From positions 77,622 through 141,621 of the forward strand of contig JACQWY010000002.1 in the NCBI GenBank assembly GCA_016209015.1: a stretch of 64,000 nucleotides of DNA, given 5' to 3'. The notes under the pieces are model-generated. The model did no database searches, had not been told where the DNA came from, and saw only the letters and a list, made by a program, of their open reading frames with translations. Below, in pieces: positions 47,114 to 55,890 of the stretch. How positions within the stretch are numbered: position 1 is the stretch's first letter; the number at the start of each line of letters is the position of its first letter. The translations under genes were made by a program, and so were the position numbers. The DNA is from Gammaproteobacteria bacterium. GTDB lineage: Bacteria; Pseudomonadota; Gammaproteobacteria; Ga0077536.

Positions 47114-47284
47114 GGTTGCCGTGAAAGAAGTGCGGTGCGGACGGGAAATGGGGTCAGGTTCGAATTCGCGGGCGAGCGCCCGGGTACGGGTCACCGCGTC
47201 GGCCGCGAAATCGAACCTGACCCCAATTCCCTCTACGCGTCTTTCATGATTGCGGGCGCCGCACGAACTGCATGACCGTGGGGC
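47114..47284. repeat. MITE/REP-like palindromic repeat, copy 2 (same family as 44441..44613)
   Basis: GGGAAATGGGGTCAGGTTCGAATTCGCGGGCGAGCGCCCGGGTACGG...GCCGCGAAATCGAACCTGACCCCAATTCCCTCTACGCGTCTTTCATGATTGCGGGCGC. It lies immediately downstream of the maeB stop. Confidence 0.6.
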
Positions 47285-47481
47285 TTCCTTCGTCGGCCCC
47301 AAACCTACCGTCCTCCCACGCCCCGTGCTACGCTCGCAGCGCGTGCCGGACGCACGCAAGACCGCTGCTCTCGAGGTGCGAACGGGACACGGCGCTGCAT
47401 GGTCCATTGCTTCCCTCGCGATCAGCCGGCCCGCCGCCGCACGGCGGCTTCACCACGTTCCGAGCCAGCGAGGGGAAAGCC

Positions 47482-48444
47482 ATGACAACGACGCCCGGCC
47501 ATGCCATCCACCGCCATCACCACATCACGCTCTGCACCGGCGGCGCGCAGGAGGACTTCGATTTCCACACGAAAGTCCTGGGTCTGAAAATCGTCAAGCG
47601 CACGCTGCTCTACGACGGGCAGGTGCCGATTTATCACTTCTACTACGGCAACGACAACGGCAACGAGAGCACGCTCGTCACGAGCTTTCCGATGCGCCAC
47701 ACGGGACGCAAGGCGCGCAAGGGCTCGGGGCAGATCGGCTCGGTCTCGCTCTCGATCCCCGAAGGCGCGCTCGACTACTGGACGGCGCGGCTCACGGAAT
47801 CGGGCTTCGAGACGCGCTACTCGGAACGCTTCGGTGAATCGCAGCTCGAGTTCCAGCATCCCTGCGGCATCGACTACCGCCTCGTCGCGACGAAGGACGA
47901 CGCGCGCACGCCGCACACGAAAGGCCCGGTGCCCGCCGAGCACATGATCCGCGGCACGCATGCCATCACGGTCTCGGTGCGCGACATGGACATGATGGAC
48001 GAGTTCATGGAGCTCGGCTGGGGCGGCACGCGGGTCGCCGCCGACAGCGAGGGCGTGCGCTACCAGATCGGCGCGGGCGGCTCCGGCCGCTACGTCGATT
48101 TCGTCGTCGAGCCGAACGTCAAGCAGGGGAGCTGGTCGCTCGGCGAAGGCTTCATCCACCACATGGCGTTCGAGGTCGACACGCACGAACAGCAGAACGC
48201 GATCAAGGCGACGCTCGAAGCGCTCGGCTTCACGGACACCTCCGATGTGAAGAATCGCGGCTACTTCGATTCGATTTACGTGCGCACGCCGGGCGGCGCG
48301 CTGTTCGAGGCGACGGTCTCGCACCAGCCCTCGTTCGCCTGCGACGAGCCCGCGGATCGCATCGGCCACGACGTGATCGTCTCGCCGCAGTTCAAGCAGG
48401 ATCTGCCGGGCTTGATCGCGCAGCTCGGCGCGATTCAGGACTGA
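47482..48444 (+). CDS. VOC-family (glyoxalase/ring-cleaving dioxygenase-like) two-domain protein
   Basis: ATG at 47482 is preceded by AGGGGAAAG and is in frame within ORF 47272..48444. HHITLCTGGAQEDFDFHTKVLGLKIVKR and a second half HHMAFEVDTHEQQNAIKATLEALGF give two tandem VOC modules. Size 320 aa. Confidence 0.6.
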   Translation: MTTTPGHAIHRHHHITLCTGGAQEDFDFHTKVLGLKIVKRTLLYDGQVPIYHFYYGNDNGNESTLVTSFPMRHTGRKARKGSGQIGSVSLSIPEGALDYWTARLTESGFETRYSERFGESQLEFQHPCGIDYRLVATKDDARTPHTKGPVPAEHMIRGTHAITVSVRDMDMMDEFMELGWGGTRVAADSEGVRYQIGAGGSGRYVDFVVEPNVKQGSWSLGEGFIHHMAFEVDTHEQQNAIKATLEALGFTDTSDVKNRGYFDSIYVRTPGGALFEATVSHQPSFACDEPADRIGHDVIVSPQFKQDLPGLIAQLGAIQD

Positions 48445-48510
48445 ATGAGACGGGCCGGGATGCGACCGGCCCGTTCGCTCTCCTCCACCCCCGAACCAGG
48501 AGGGCCGCAC

Positions 48511-49143
48511 ATGGCCGCGCCGTACAAATACAATCGCCTGTCGAAAGACGATGCCGCGCTGCTGCTCGTCGATCACCAGGCCGGCCTCATCTCGCTCGTA
48601 CAGGATTTCTCACCCGCCGAGTTCAAGAACAACGTGCTCGCCGTCGGCGCCTGCGGCAAGTATTTCAAGCTCCCGACGATCCTCACCACGAGCTTCGAGA
48701 ACGGCCCGAACGGCCCGCTCGTGCCGGAGCTGAAGGAGATGTTCGCCGACGCGCCGTACATCGCGCGCCCCGGCAACATCAACGCCTGGGACAACCCGGA
48801 CTTCGTCGCCGCGGTGAAGGCGACGGGCAAACGCCAGCTCATCCTCGCCGGCGTCGTCACCGAAGTCTGCGTCGCCTTCCCCGCGCTGTCCGCGATCGAG
48901 GAAGGCTTCGAGGTCTTCGTCATCACGGACGCCTCCGGCACGTTCAACGACGTCACGCGCCACGCGGCGTGGCTGCGCATGCAGGCCGCGGGCGCGCAGC
49001 TCATGAACTGGTTCGGCATGGCCTGCGAGCTGCATCGCGACTGGCGCAACGACATCGAGGGGCTGGGCACGCTATTCTCGAATCACATCCCGAATTACCG
49101 GAACCTGATGACGAGTTATTTTGCGGTGATGGGGAAGGGGTAG
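48511..49143 (+). CDS. Isochorismatase-family cysteine hydrolase
   Basis: ATG at 48511 is preceded by CCAGGAGGG. ALLLVDHQAGL...QLILAGVVTEVCVAFPALSAIEEGFEVFVITDASG shows the catalytic Cys in VTEVCV. Confidence 0.75.
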   Translation: MAAPYKYNRLSKDDAALLLVDHQAGLISLVQDFSPAEFKNNVLAVGACGKYFKLPTILTTSFENGPNGPLVPELKEMFADAPYIARPGNINAWDNPDFVAAVKATGKRQLILAGVVTEVCVAFPALSAIEEGFEVFVITDASGTFNDVTRHAAWLRMQAAGAQLMNWFGMACELHRDWRNDIEGLGTLFSNHIPNYRNLMTSYFAVMGKG

Positions 49144-49511
49144 ACGAAGGCTGCGCAGTTCGCGGGCACGGCTCGCACCACCGCAGTCGACGTCACGCCC
49201 TCGTCACAGGCGCAGCCGGGGATTCAGTCGGTGACCCAGCCACCAGCGGCGAACTACGGTATTCCAGAGTGACGGGACCGGGCCTCGAGGCCGAGACCCG
49301 ACCTAGGGCCCCGGGGCTGATCGTCTGCGCCGGGGCTCGACGACTGGATTCCCGCCTGCGCGGGAATGACGGTGGCGGGTGGCGGCGACATGCGCCGACA
49401 CTGCAATTCGTTCAGTGCGCGCTGCGAGTTGCAACCCGCGGGCCGTCGCCTCGGCACGAGTCGTGAACTGCAGCTCGATCCTCCAGCGAAGCCCACGAAC
49501 GATACGCGCCC

Positions 49512-50276
49512 TCACTGCACCACGAACCCCCCATCCACCGTCAACGCATGCCCGGTCGTGAACGAGGATCGATCCGAGCACAGCCAGATCACCGCCTTCG
49601 CGACTTCGGCGGCCTGCACGAGCCGTCCCGCGGGATGCTTCGACACGAGACGCTCCTTCGCGCCGGGCGTCTCCGCGAACAGGCGCTCGCCCATCGGCGT
49701 TTCCACGACGCCCGGGCACACGGCGTTCACGCGGATGCCCTGCTTCGCGTATTCGAGCGCCACGGTCTTCGTGAGGCCGACGACGGCGTGCTTCGTCGCG
49801 ACGTAGGCGGGCGCGCCGCGCCAGCCGATGAGTCCGACTATGGAGGCGGTATTGACGATGCTGCCGCCGGTCGGCTGCTTCAGCATCAACTGGCATTCCT
49901 TGCGCAGACAGTGGAAGACGCCGGTGAGATTCACGTCCAGCACTTTCTGCCAGTCGGCGTCCGTGTATTCGGACGTGCGGCCATAGACGCCTTCGATGCC
50001 GGCGTTGTTGAACGCGCAGTCGACGCGGCCATAGGCGTCGATGACCGAATCGAAGAAGGCATCGACTGGTGCGGACTTCGAGACGTCGCACTTGCCGGCC
50101 ATGGCGAAGCCGCCTTTCGACTCGATGAGGGCGACGGTCTCCTCGGCGGCTTCGAGATTGATGTCGGCGATCGCGAGCAGCGCGCCTTCTGCGGCCATCG
50201 CGAGTGCGGTCTCGCGGCCGATGCCGCTGCCGCCGCCGGTGACGACGATCGCCTTGCCCTTCAACTCCGTGCCCAT
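49512..50276 (-). CDS. SDR-family oxidoreductase
   Basis: Start MGTELKGKAIVVTGGGSGIGRE (TGxxxGxG). NNAG motif present. Catalytic YxxxK in PAYVATKHAV. Size 254 aa, from the C-terminal part of ORF 49512..50711. Confidence 0.8.
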   Translation of the reverse strand: MGTELKGKAIVVTGGGSGIGRETALAMAAEGALLAIADINLEAAEETVALIESKGGFAMAGKCDVSKSAPVDAFFDSVIDAYGRVDCAFNNAGIEGVYGRTSEYTDADWQKVLDVNLTGVFHCLRKECQLMLKQPTGGSIVNTASIVGLIGWRGAPAYVATKHAVVGLTKTVALEYAKQGIRVNAVCPGVVETPMGERLFAETPGAKERLVSKHPAGRLVQAAEVAKAVIWLCSDRSSFTTGHALTVDGGFVVQ

Positions 50277-50320
50277 CTGCTGCTCCCTCGTTGTCGTTGT
50301 GAGCTCTTCGAGGCCCGAGT

Positions 50321-51526
50321 CTAACAGGCGGAGGCCGATGCGAGGAACGCGAGCAGGAGCCGCGTCACCTCGACAGCCTGCTCCTGCTGCACCCAGTGGC
50401 CGGCGCCGTCGACGAAATGACAGCCGAGCATGCGCGTGAACGTCTGCTCGCGCATGCGCTCGATCGCGCCGGGCACCTGATAGTGACCCCAATCGTGCCG
50501 CCCGGAGATGAAGCACGCGGGCCGATCGATCGTCCGCCCTGCGAACACTTCGAGCTCCGCGCGATAGCGATCGGTGAAGTTCGCGCGATACCAGTTCAGG
50601 CCGCCCTGGAAGCCCGTGCGCGAGAACTCCGCCGCGTAGACGGCGAGCTCGGCCTCGGTCAACCATTTGCATTTCGCGATCGCCGCCGCATCCGGCATGA
50701 ACGGCGCACAATCCTCCGGCATCGTCCGATCGCGGTTCATCACGTAGTAGGTCGGCAGCTTCGCGAGCTCCACGGCGCTCCAGGACGCGAGCGGCTGCGG
50801 CTCGTTGCCCGGCCAGTCTGCGCTCTTGTAGTGGTAGTAGGCGCGGAGGAACGCGTGCACGAAGGAATTGGGGTCAGGATCCATCAGCCCCGCGCTAATG
50901 GATCCTGACCCCATTGCGCTGCCGCGCATGTCGGTCGCCGCTTCGCGCGTCGCGTAGTAGCGCCAGTAGTGCTTGCGCGGTGGTTCGAGCGCGGCGAGAG
51001 CGGCGTGGATGTCTGGTTCGGATTTCCGTTCCTCGCCGTCGGTGATCGCGGGCGCGCCGGTGAACGGCGCGCTCATCACGACGACGGCTTCGAAGACGTC
51101 CGGACGCAGCAGCGCGCACCAGCCCGCGACGAACGTGCCGAAGTCGTGCCCCATGACGCACGCGACGTTCGGGATGCCGAGCACGTGCAGCAGGCCCAGC
51201 ACGTCGCGCACGAGATTCAGGATCCGGAACGGCGCGAGATCGCCGTCGTAGTCGGCGTTCCAGCCCGTGGTGCGGCCGTAGCCGCGCTGGTCGGGCGCAA
51301 TCACGTGATAGCCCGCGGCGGCGAGCGCAGGCATGAGCTTGCGCCAGCTATAGGCGAGCTCGGGAAAGCCGTGCAGCAGGAGCAGGCAGGGGCGGCCCGG
51401 CGTTTCGAAGCCGGCGTCGAGGACGTGCAGGTCGAGGCCGTTCACGCCGGGGACGAGGCGGGAGCGAATGACGGGATCGAGCGTCGGGGTCTTCAGCGGA
51501 TCGATGGTGGCGGCCTCCGCGGGCAT
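50321..51526 (-). CDS. Alpha/beta-hydrolase (epoxide-hydrolase-like) carrying an in-frame 54-bp palindromic-repeat insertion
   Basis: 401 aa. HGFPELAYSWR, nucleophile elbow GHDFG, and the distal His region are typical of epoxide hydrolases. The segment MGSGSISAGLMDPDPNS is encoded by the repeat at 50865..50918. Confidence 0.75.
   Translation of the reverse strand: MPAEAATIDPLKTPTLDPVIRSRLVPGVNGLDLHVLDAGFETPGRPCLLLLHGFPELAYSWRKLMPALAAAGYHVIAPDQRGYGRTTGWNADYDGDLAPFRILNLVRDVLGLLHVLGIPNVACVMGHDFGTFVAGWCALLRPDVFEAVVVMSAPFTGAPAITDGEERKSEPDIHAALAALEPPRKHYWRYYATREAATDMRGSAMGSGSISAGLMDPDPNSFVHAFLRAYYHYKSADWPGNEPQPLASWSAVELAKLPTYYVMNRDRTMPEDCAPFMPDAAAIAKCKWLTEAELAVYAAEFSRTGFQGGLNWYRANFTDRYRAELEVFAGRTIDRPACFISGRHDWGHYQVPGAIERMREQTFTRMLGCHFVDGAGHWVQQEQAVEVTRLLLAFLASASAC
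50865..50918. repeat. Short variant of the GGGGTCAGG palindromic repeat family embedded in-frame within the hydrolase coding sequence
   Basis: GGAATTGGGGTCAGGATCCAT-N13-ATGGATCCTGACCCCATT. The terminal ~16 bp of each arm match the maeB-flanking repeats. Length is 54 bp, or 18 codons. Confidence 0.45.
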
Positions 51527-51776
51527 GTCGTCCGGTCATTGTGCCGCGCTTGGCGGGAAGCAGCATCCGAGAGAGAGATGAATTTGGGCGATGGTCCCGG
51601 GTTCGACAGGGCTGCCGCGGGCCAGCGACCGGGTCCCGGTCCCGGCCTCCGCCGGGAGGGTCCCTGCCCCGGGACGACGGGCCGCGATCGATGCGCCTCC
51701 TGCGCCGGCGCATCCGATAAACTCGCGGCGGTCACACGCGCGGTGCAGGATCGCGCCGGCACCCCGAGGAGCATTC

Positions 51777-53438
51777 ATGTCCGAAGAGTTCCCTTCCGCC
51801 CTCTCCCGCCGCGAATTCCTGAAACGCGCCGGCGCCTCGGGCGTCGCGGTCGCCGCGGGCACGTTCGGCCGTGCCGCGGCCGGCGCGGGCGGCGGCACGC
51901 CCGAGCAGGTGCATCTCACCTGGGGTGCGGATCCGTCGAGCGAAGTCGTCGTCTCCTGGTGCACGGTCGAAGCGGCCGTGAGTCCGCGCGTGCACTACGG
52001 GCCGACGCCCGCGCTCGGCAGGATCGTGCCTGCCGAAACGCGGCGCTACGTCGATGGTCTGAGCGGCGAAACGGTGATCTGCCATCACGCGCGGCTCAGC
52101 GGTCTGGCGCCCGCTTCGACCGTGCATTACGCCGTGACGGCGGACAACGACGCGAAGCAGGATCGGCCCTTCGCCGCCGGGTTCGTCACCGCGCCGCGCG
52201 AGCGCCGCGGCTTCCGCTTCACGAGCTACGGCGATCTCGCGACGCCGAACACGCAGTGGACGATTTCATCCCCGCAGGCCCGGCATGCGATCGTCGCGGT
52301 CGAGCGTTTCGCGCCGCTGTTCCATCTGCTGAACGGCGATCTCTGCTACGCGAACCTGAATCCGGCGGCGCAGCCCGCGGTGTGGCGCGACTTCGGCGAC
52401 AACGTCGAGCCGTCCGCCGCGCGCCGGCCGTGGATGCCCTGTCCCGGCAATCACGAGATCGAGTTCAACAACGGCGCGCAGGGCTACGGCGGCTATCTCG
52501 CGCGTTACGAGCTGCCCGCGAACGGCACGCGCTTTCCCGGGCGCTGGTATGCGTTCCGCGTCGGCGGCGTGCTGTTCGTCTCGCTCGATGCGAACGACGT
52601 CGTCCACCAGGACTGCGGGCCGCTCGTGAACGGTCCGCGCCCGCTCGTGCCCGCCCTCAATGCAGGCCAGCCGCCGATCGCCCCCGGCACCGCGCTCTAC
52701 GTCCGCGGCTAAAGCGGCGGCGAGCAGACGCGCTGGCTCGAGCAGACGCTGCGCGCCGCGCGCGCCGACGCGGGTCTCGACTGGATCGTCGTGCAGATGC
52801 ACGAGGACGCGATGAGCTCCTCCGATCCCGGCAACGGCTCGGACAAGGGCATCCGCGAAGCCTGGCTGCCGCTCTTCGACACATACGGCGTCGACCTCGT
52901 GCTGTGCGGCCACGATCACGACTACGAGCGCACGTTCCCGGTCCGCGGCCGTCATCACGACACGGGGCGCGACGTGGCAACGGGCGAGCCCGTCGACACG
53001 CTGCAGCCGATCCCGCTCGTCAGGGAGGACCCGGCGGACGGCGTATACGACTCACCGCAGGGCGCGATCCATCTCGTGCTCGGCGGCGGCGGTACGGGCG
53101 CACCGCTCGGCGTCTACGGCCGCGATCCGCAATCCGGCGCGCCGCTCGCGAAAGTCTTCACGAAGCGCAACGCGCCGCGGCCCGGTGCGAAGCCCGGCAC
53201 GTTCATGCGTGCCAAAGCGGATGCGGTGGAAGCGGCAATCTGGTCGGCGCGCCGCGACACGGAGAGCGCTTACGGTATCGCGGTCTTCGACGTGCATTAC
53301 GACGAGACGCCGGGCATGACGTCGATCACCCTGAGCTACTGGCACACAGTCGGCGCCGTGCCGACGGGCGATTACGAGCTCTTCGAGAAGATCGTGTTGC
53401 GGAAGAAGCGCAAGGACGCTCTTCGCAACTCGTCGTAG
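51777..53438 (+). pseudogene. Purple acid phosphatase/metallophosphoesterase with Tat signal, interrupted by a single in-frame TAA (52710-52712). Possible pseudogene or sequence error.
   Basis: ATG at 51777 is preceded by CCGAGGAG. Tat motif: SRREFLKRAG. PAP motifs: GDLCYAN, GNHE, GHDHDYER. ORFs 51591..52712 and 52791..53438 are in the same frame. The sequence reads continuously across the TAA: YVRG*SGGEQTRWLEQTL. Confidence 0.5.
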
Positions 53439-53489
53439 GTCCGTAGCCGCGGGCGTAATCGGACGTTCGATTCGCCTTCGGCCCGGCGC

Positions 53490-54623
53490 TCAATTCCCCG
53501 GCTGCAAGGTGACTTCGACATCACCCTTCTTGCCGTGCCGGAGCAGCGAGAGCGTGACGTTGTCGCCGACCTTGAAGTCGTCGAGGCGCGCGAAGAGCTT
53601 GCTCACGCTGTCGACGGGTTTGCCGTTGACCGCGACGATCACGTCGCCGATCGCGACTTCGCCCTGGGCCGACATCGCCGCGCCCTCGAGGCCGGCTTTC
53701 GCGGCCGGCGAGTCCGCCTTCACGCGGAGGATCACCACGCCCTGCACGCCGAGCATGTTCGTCAACTGCTGGTTCAACTCCTCGTCAAGCTCCACACCGA
53801 GGCCGGGGCTGATGTACTTGCCGTGGCGGATGAGCTGCGGCACGACGCGGTTCACGACGTCGACCGGTACGGCGAAGCCGATGCCGGCGCTCGCGCCGCT
53901 CGGGCTGTAGATCGCGGTGTTGATGCCGATGAGCCGGCCCGCGGAATCGAGCAGCGGGCCGCCGGAATTGCCGGGATTGATCGCCGCGTCGGTCTGGATC
54001 AGATGTTCGATCGTCGCGCCGTTCTCCTCGCCGAGCGAGCGATCGAGCGCGGAGACGATGCCGGTCGTGAGCGTCCAGTCGAGGCCGAAGGGATTGCCGA
54101 TTGCGAAGACCTTCTGGCCGACCTTGAGCTTCGCGCTCTCGCCGATCGGCACGGGCGGCGGACGCTTGAAGCCGACGCCGATCTTCAGCACCGCGATGTC
54201 GTGCGCCTCGCTCGCCCCGACGAGTCCCGCCTTGTAATCACGGCCGTCGGCGAGCTTGACGGTCGCTTCGCTCGCGCCTTCGAGCACGTGGTAGTTCGTC
54301 ACCACGTGGCCCGCACCGTCCCAGATGAAGCCCGAACCCGTGCCGCGCGGCACGGAGTAGACGTTGCGCGTCCAGAAATCGCGCACTTTCGCGCGCGTCG
54401 TGATGTAGACGACGCCGCCGCGCGCGTTCTCGAAGAGATCGATCGTCGCCTTTTCGTCGGCCGCGAGATCGCCGCGTGCGGTGACCACGCGCGGTGCGGC
54501 ATCCTCGCGCGAGAGCGTGTATTCGTAGCGCGTGGTGATGCGCCACAACACGAGCACGGCAGCGATCGCCGCGGCGATCCACAGGATCTTCGCGTAGTCG
54601 CGTTCAGGTTCTTCGTAGCGCAA
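53490..54623 (-). CDS. HtrA/DegS-like S1C serine protease with one PDZ domain and an N-terminal membrane anchor
   Basis: Catalytic triad context: TNYHVL (His), DIAVLKI (Asp), GNSGGPL (Ser). PDZ: GVQGVVILRVKADSPAAKAGL. The probable start is TTG at 54623 (or CTG at 54626), 8 nt after GAGGGAAG and in frame with ORF 53490..55250. Confidence 0.7.
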   Translation of the reverse strand: MRYEEPERDYAKILWIAAAIAAVLVLWRITTRYEYTLSREDAAPRVVTARGDLAADEKATIDLFENARGGVVYITTRAKVRDFWTRNVYSVPRGTGSGFIWDGAGHVVTNYHVLEGASEATVKLADGRDYKAGLVGASEAHDIAVLKIGVGFKRPPPVPIGESAKLKVGQKVFAIGNPFGLDWTLTTGIVSALDRSLGEENGATIEHLIQTDAAINPGNSGGPLLDSAGRLIGINTAIYSPSGASAGIGFAVPVDVVNRVVPQLIRHGKYISPGLGVELDEELNQQLTNMLGVQGVVILRVKADSPAAKAGLEGAAMSAQGEVAIGDVIVAVNGKPVDSVSKLFARLDDFKVGDNVTLSLLRHGKKGDVEVTLQPGN

Positions 54624-54762
54624 CAGAGCTTCCCTCGTCCGTTCGCGATCGCGCGTTCGTTCCGCCGTCCGGCGCCTACGCTGCAAGTGCGGGCGGTCGG
54701 GCCGGGAATCAAGGGGCCGGCCGTCGGCGCGATGGATCCGCGTCCGACACGCCCGGCGCGGA

Positions 54763-54790
54763 TTGAAATCGTCACCACCGGTCCACATAT
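54763..54790 (+). promoter_or_regulatory. Sigma32 (RpoH)-type heat-shock promoter candidate upstream of the first hsp20
   Basis: TTGAAA-N14-CCACATAT compared with the sigma32 consensus CTTGAAA-N13-15-CCCCATnT. It lies about 55 nt upstream of the ATG at 54846. Confidence 0.4.
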
Positions 54791-54845
54791 ATCCGCCGGA
54801 CACATGACGAACGGTGTCCACACGAATCCGAAAGGACGCAGCCAG

Positions 54846-55304
54846 ATGGAGGACGAAACCATGATATATCGATCCCTGTTCCCCGGCGACGTGTTCGCCG
54901 AAATCGATCGCCTGCGCCGTGACATGCAGGAGAGCTTCGATTATTCGCCCAGCATCCGCGGCATCGGCCGCGGCGGTTTTCCCGCCATGAACGTCGGCGG
55001 CTCGCCGCAATCGATCGAGATCTATGCGTTCATGCCGGGCGTCGACCCGGCCCAGGTCGAGGTCCAGATCGAGAACGGCGTGCTGACGATTTCCGGTGAG
55101 CGCAAATCCGATCTGCCGACGGACAAGACCCAGCGCTCCGACGTGCACATCGCCGAACGATTCACGGGCCGCTTCAGGCGCGTCGTGACGCTGACGGAGG
55201 ACGCCGATCCGGACGCCGTGAACGCGGTGTATCGCGACGGCGTGCTCCACATCAGCATCCAGCGCCGCGCCGCGGCCCAGCCGCGCCGCATCAGCATCCA
55301 GTGA
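54846..55304 (+). CDS. Hsp20/alpha-crystallin small heat-shock protein (copy 1)
   Basis: ATG at 54846 is preceded by AAAGGA. The alpha-crystallin domain (IEIYAFMPGVDPAQVEVQIENGVLTISGER...FTGRFRRVVTL...DAVNAVYRDGVLHI) shows the A..G.L motif. Confidence 0.8.
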   Translation: MEDETMIYRSLFPGDVFAEIDRLRRDMQESFDYSPSIRGIGRGGFPAMNVGGSPQSIEIYAFMPGVDPAQVEVQIENGVLTISGERKSDLPTDKTQRSDVHIAERFTGRFRRVVTLTEDADPDAVNAVYRDGVLHISIQRRAAAQPRRISIQ

Positions 55305-55321
55305 GTCGAGGAGGTGACACC

Positions 55322-55702
55322 ATGAACGAGACGAAGCCCAGCACGAACGAGCAGCGCAACACCCGCCCCGAGGCGGCGATCCTGCCGCCCGTCGACGTCA
55401 TCGAAGATAAATCGGGCATTACGCTGATCGCCGATCTGCCCGGTGTGGCGAAAGAGAACATGCACGTGCGGCTCGAAGCGGACACGCTGACGATCGAGGG
55501 TGAAGTGACGCTCAACCTCCCGCAGGGAACGGAGGCGACGCACGCCGAGGTCAACCTGCCGCGTTACCGCCGCGCGTTCACGCTCTCCAAGGAGCTCGAC
55601 AGCGAGCAGGTGCGCGCCGAGTTCACGCACGGCGTGCTCAAGCTCCACATCCCGAAGGCCGCGCACGCCCAGCCGCGCAAGGTGGATGTCCACGTCGGAT
55701 GA
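55322..55702 (+). CDS. Hsp20/alpha-crystallin small heat-shock protein (copy 2)
   Basis: ATG (MNETKP) is preceded by GAGGAGG. ITLIADLPGVAKENMHVRLEADTLTIEGE...AEFTHGVLKLHIPK. Confidence 0.8.
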   Translation: MNETKPSTNEQRNTRPEAAILPPVDVIEDKSGITLIADLPGVAKENMHVRLEADTLTIEGEVTLNLPQGTEATHAEVNLPRYRRAFTLSKELDSEQVRAEFTHGVLKLHIPKAAHAQPRKVDVHVG

Positions 55703-55710
55703 GAAGGGGT

Positions 55711-55836
55711 CTGACGCGTGTGGGTAACTCGCAGCAAGCGAGTTATCCACGCGGGTCATACCCCGGCTTCCCGAGCGCCGAACGAAGGGCGCGCCGGCCG
55801 CCGAACACCGCGATCGATGCGCCTCCTTCGTCGGCA
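55711..55836 (+). repeat. Copy 1 of a ~100-bp conserved intergenic element that starts immediately after a stop codon and includes a CCTCCT block
   Basis: Conserved blocks are shared with 61353..61453 in reverse orientation: CTGACGCGTGTGG; GCGGGTCATACCCCGGCTTCC-GAGCGCCGAACGAAGGG; CGATCGATGCGCCTCCTTCGTCGGCA. This copy also carries an extra palindrome, GTGGGTAACTCGC-AGCAA-GCGAGTTATCCAC. Confidence 0.5.
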
Positions 55837-55890
55837 TCCTATAGGCCAAAACTCCGGACCGCCGCTGCGGTCGATGCAGGAGGTCATGCC

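Noticed and set aside
52710-52712. In-frame stop in the purple acid phosphatase as a possible selenocysteine or programmed readthrough site
   Set aside because: The codon is TAA, not TGA, and there is no SECIS-like hairpin directly downstream. A nonsense mutation or sequencing error is far more likely.
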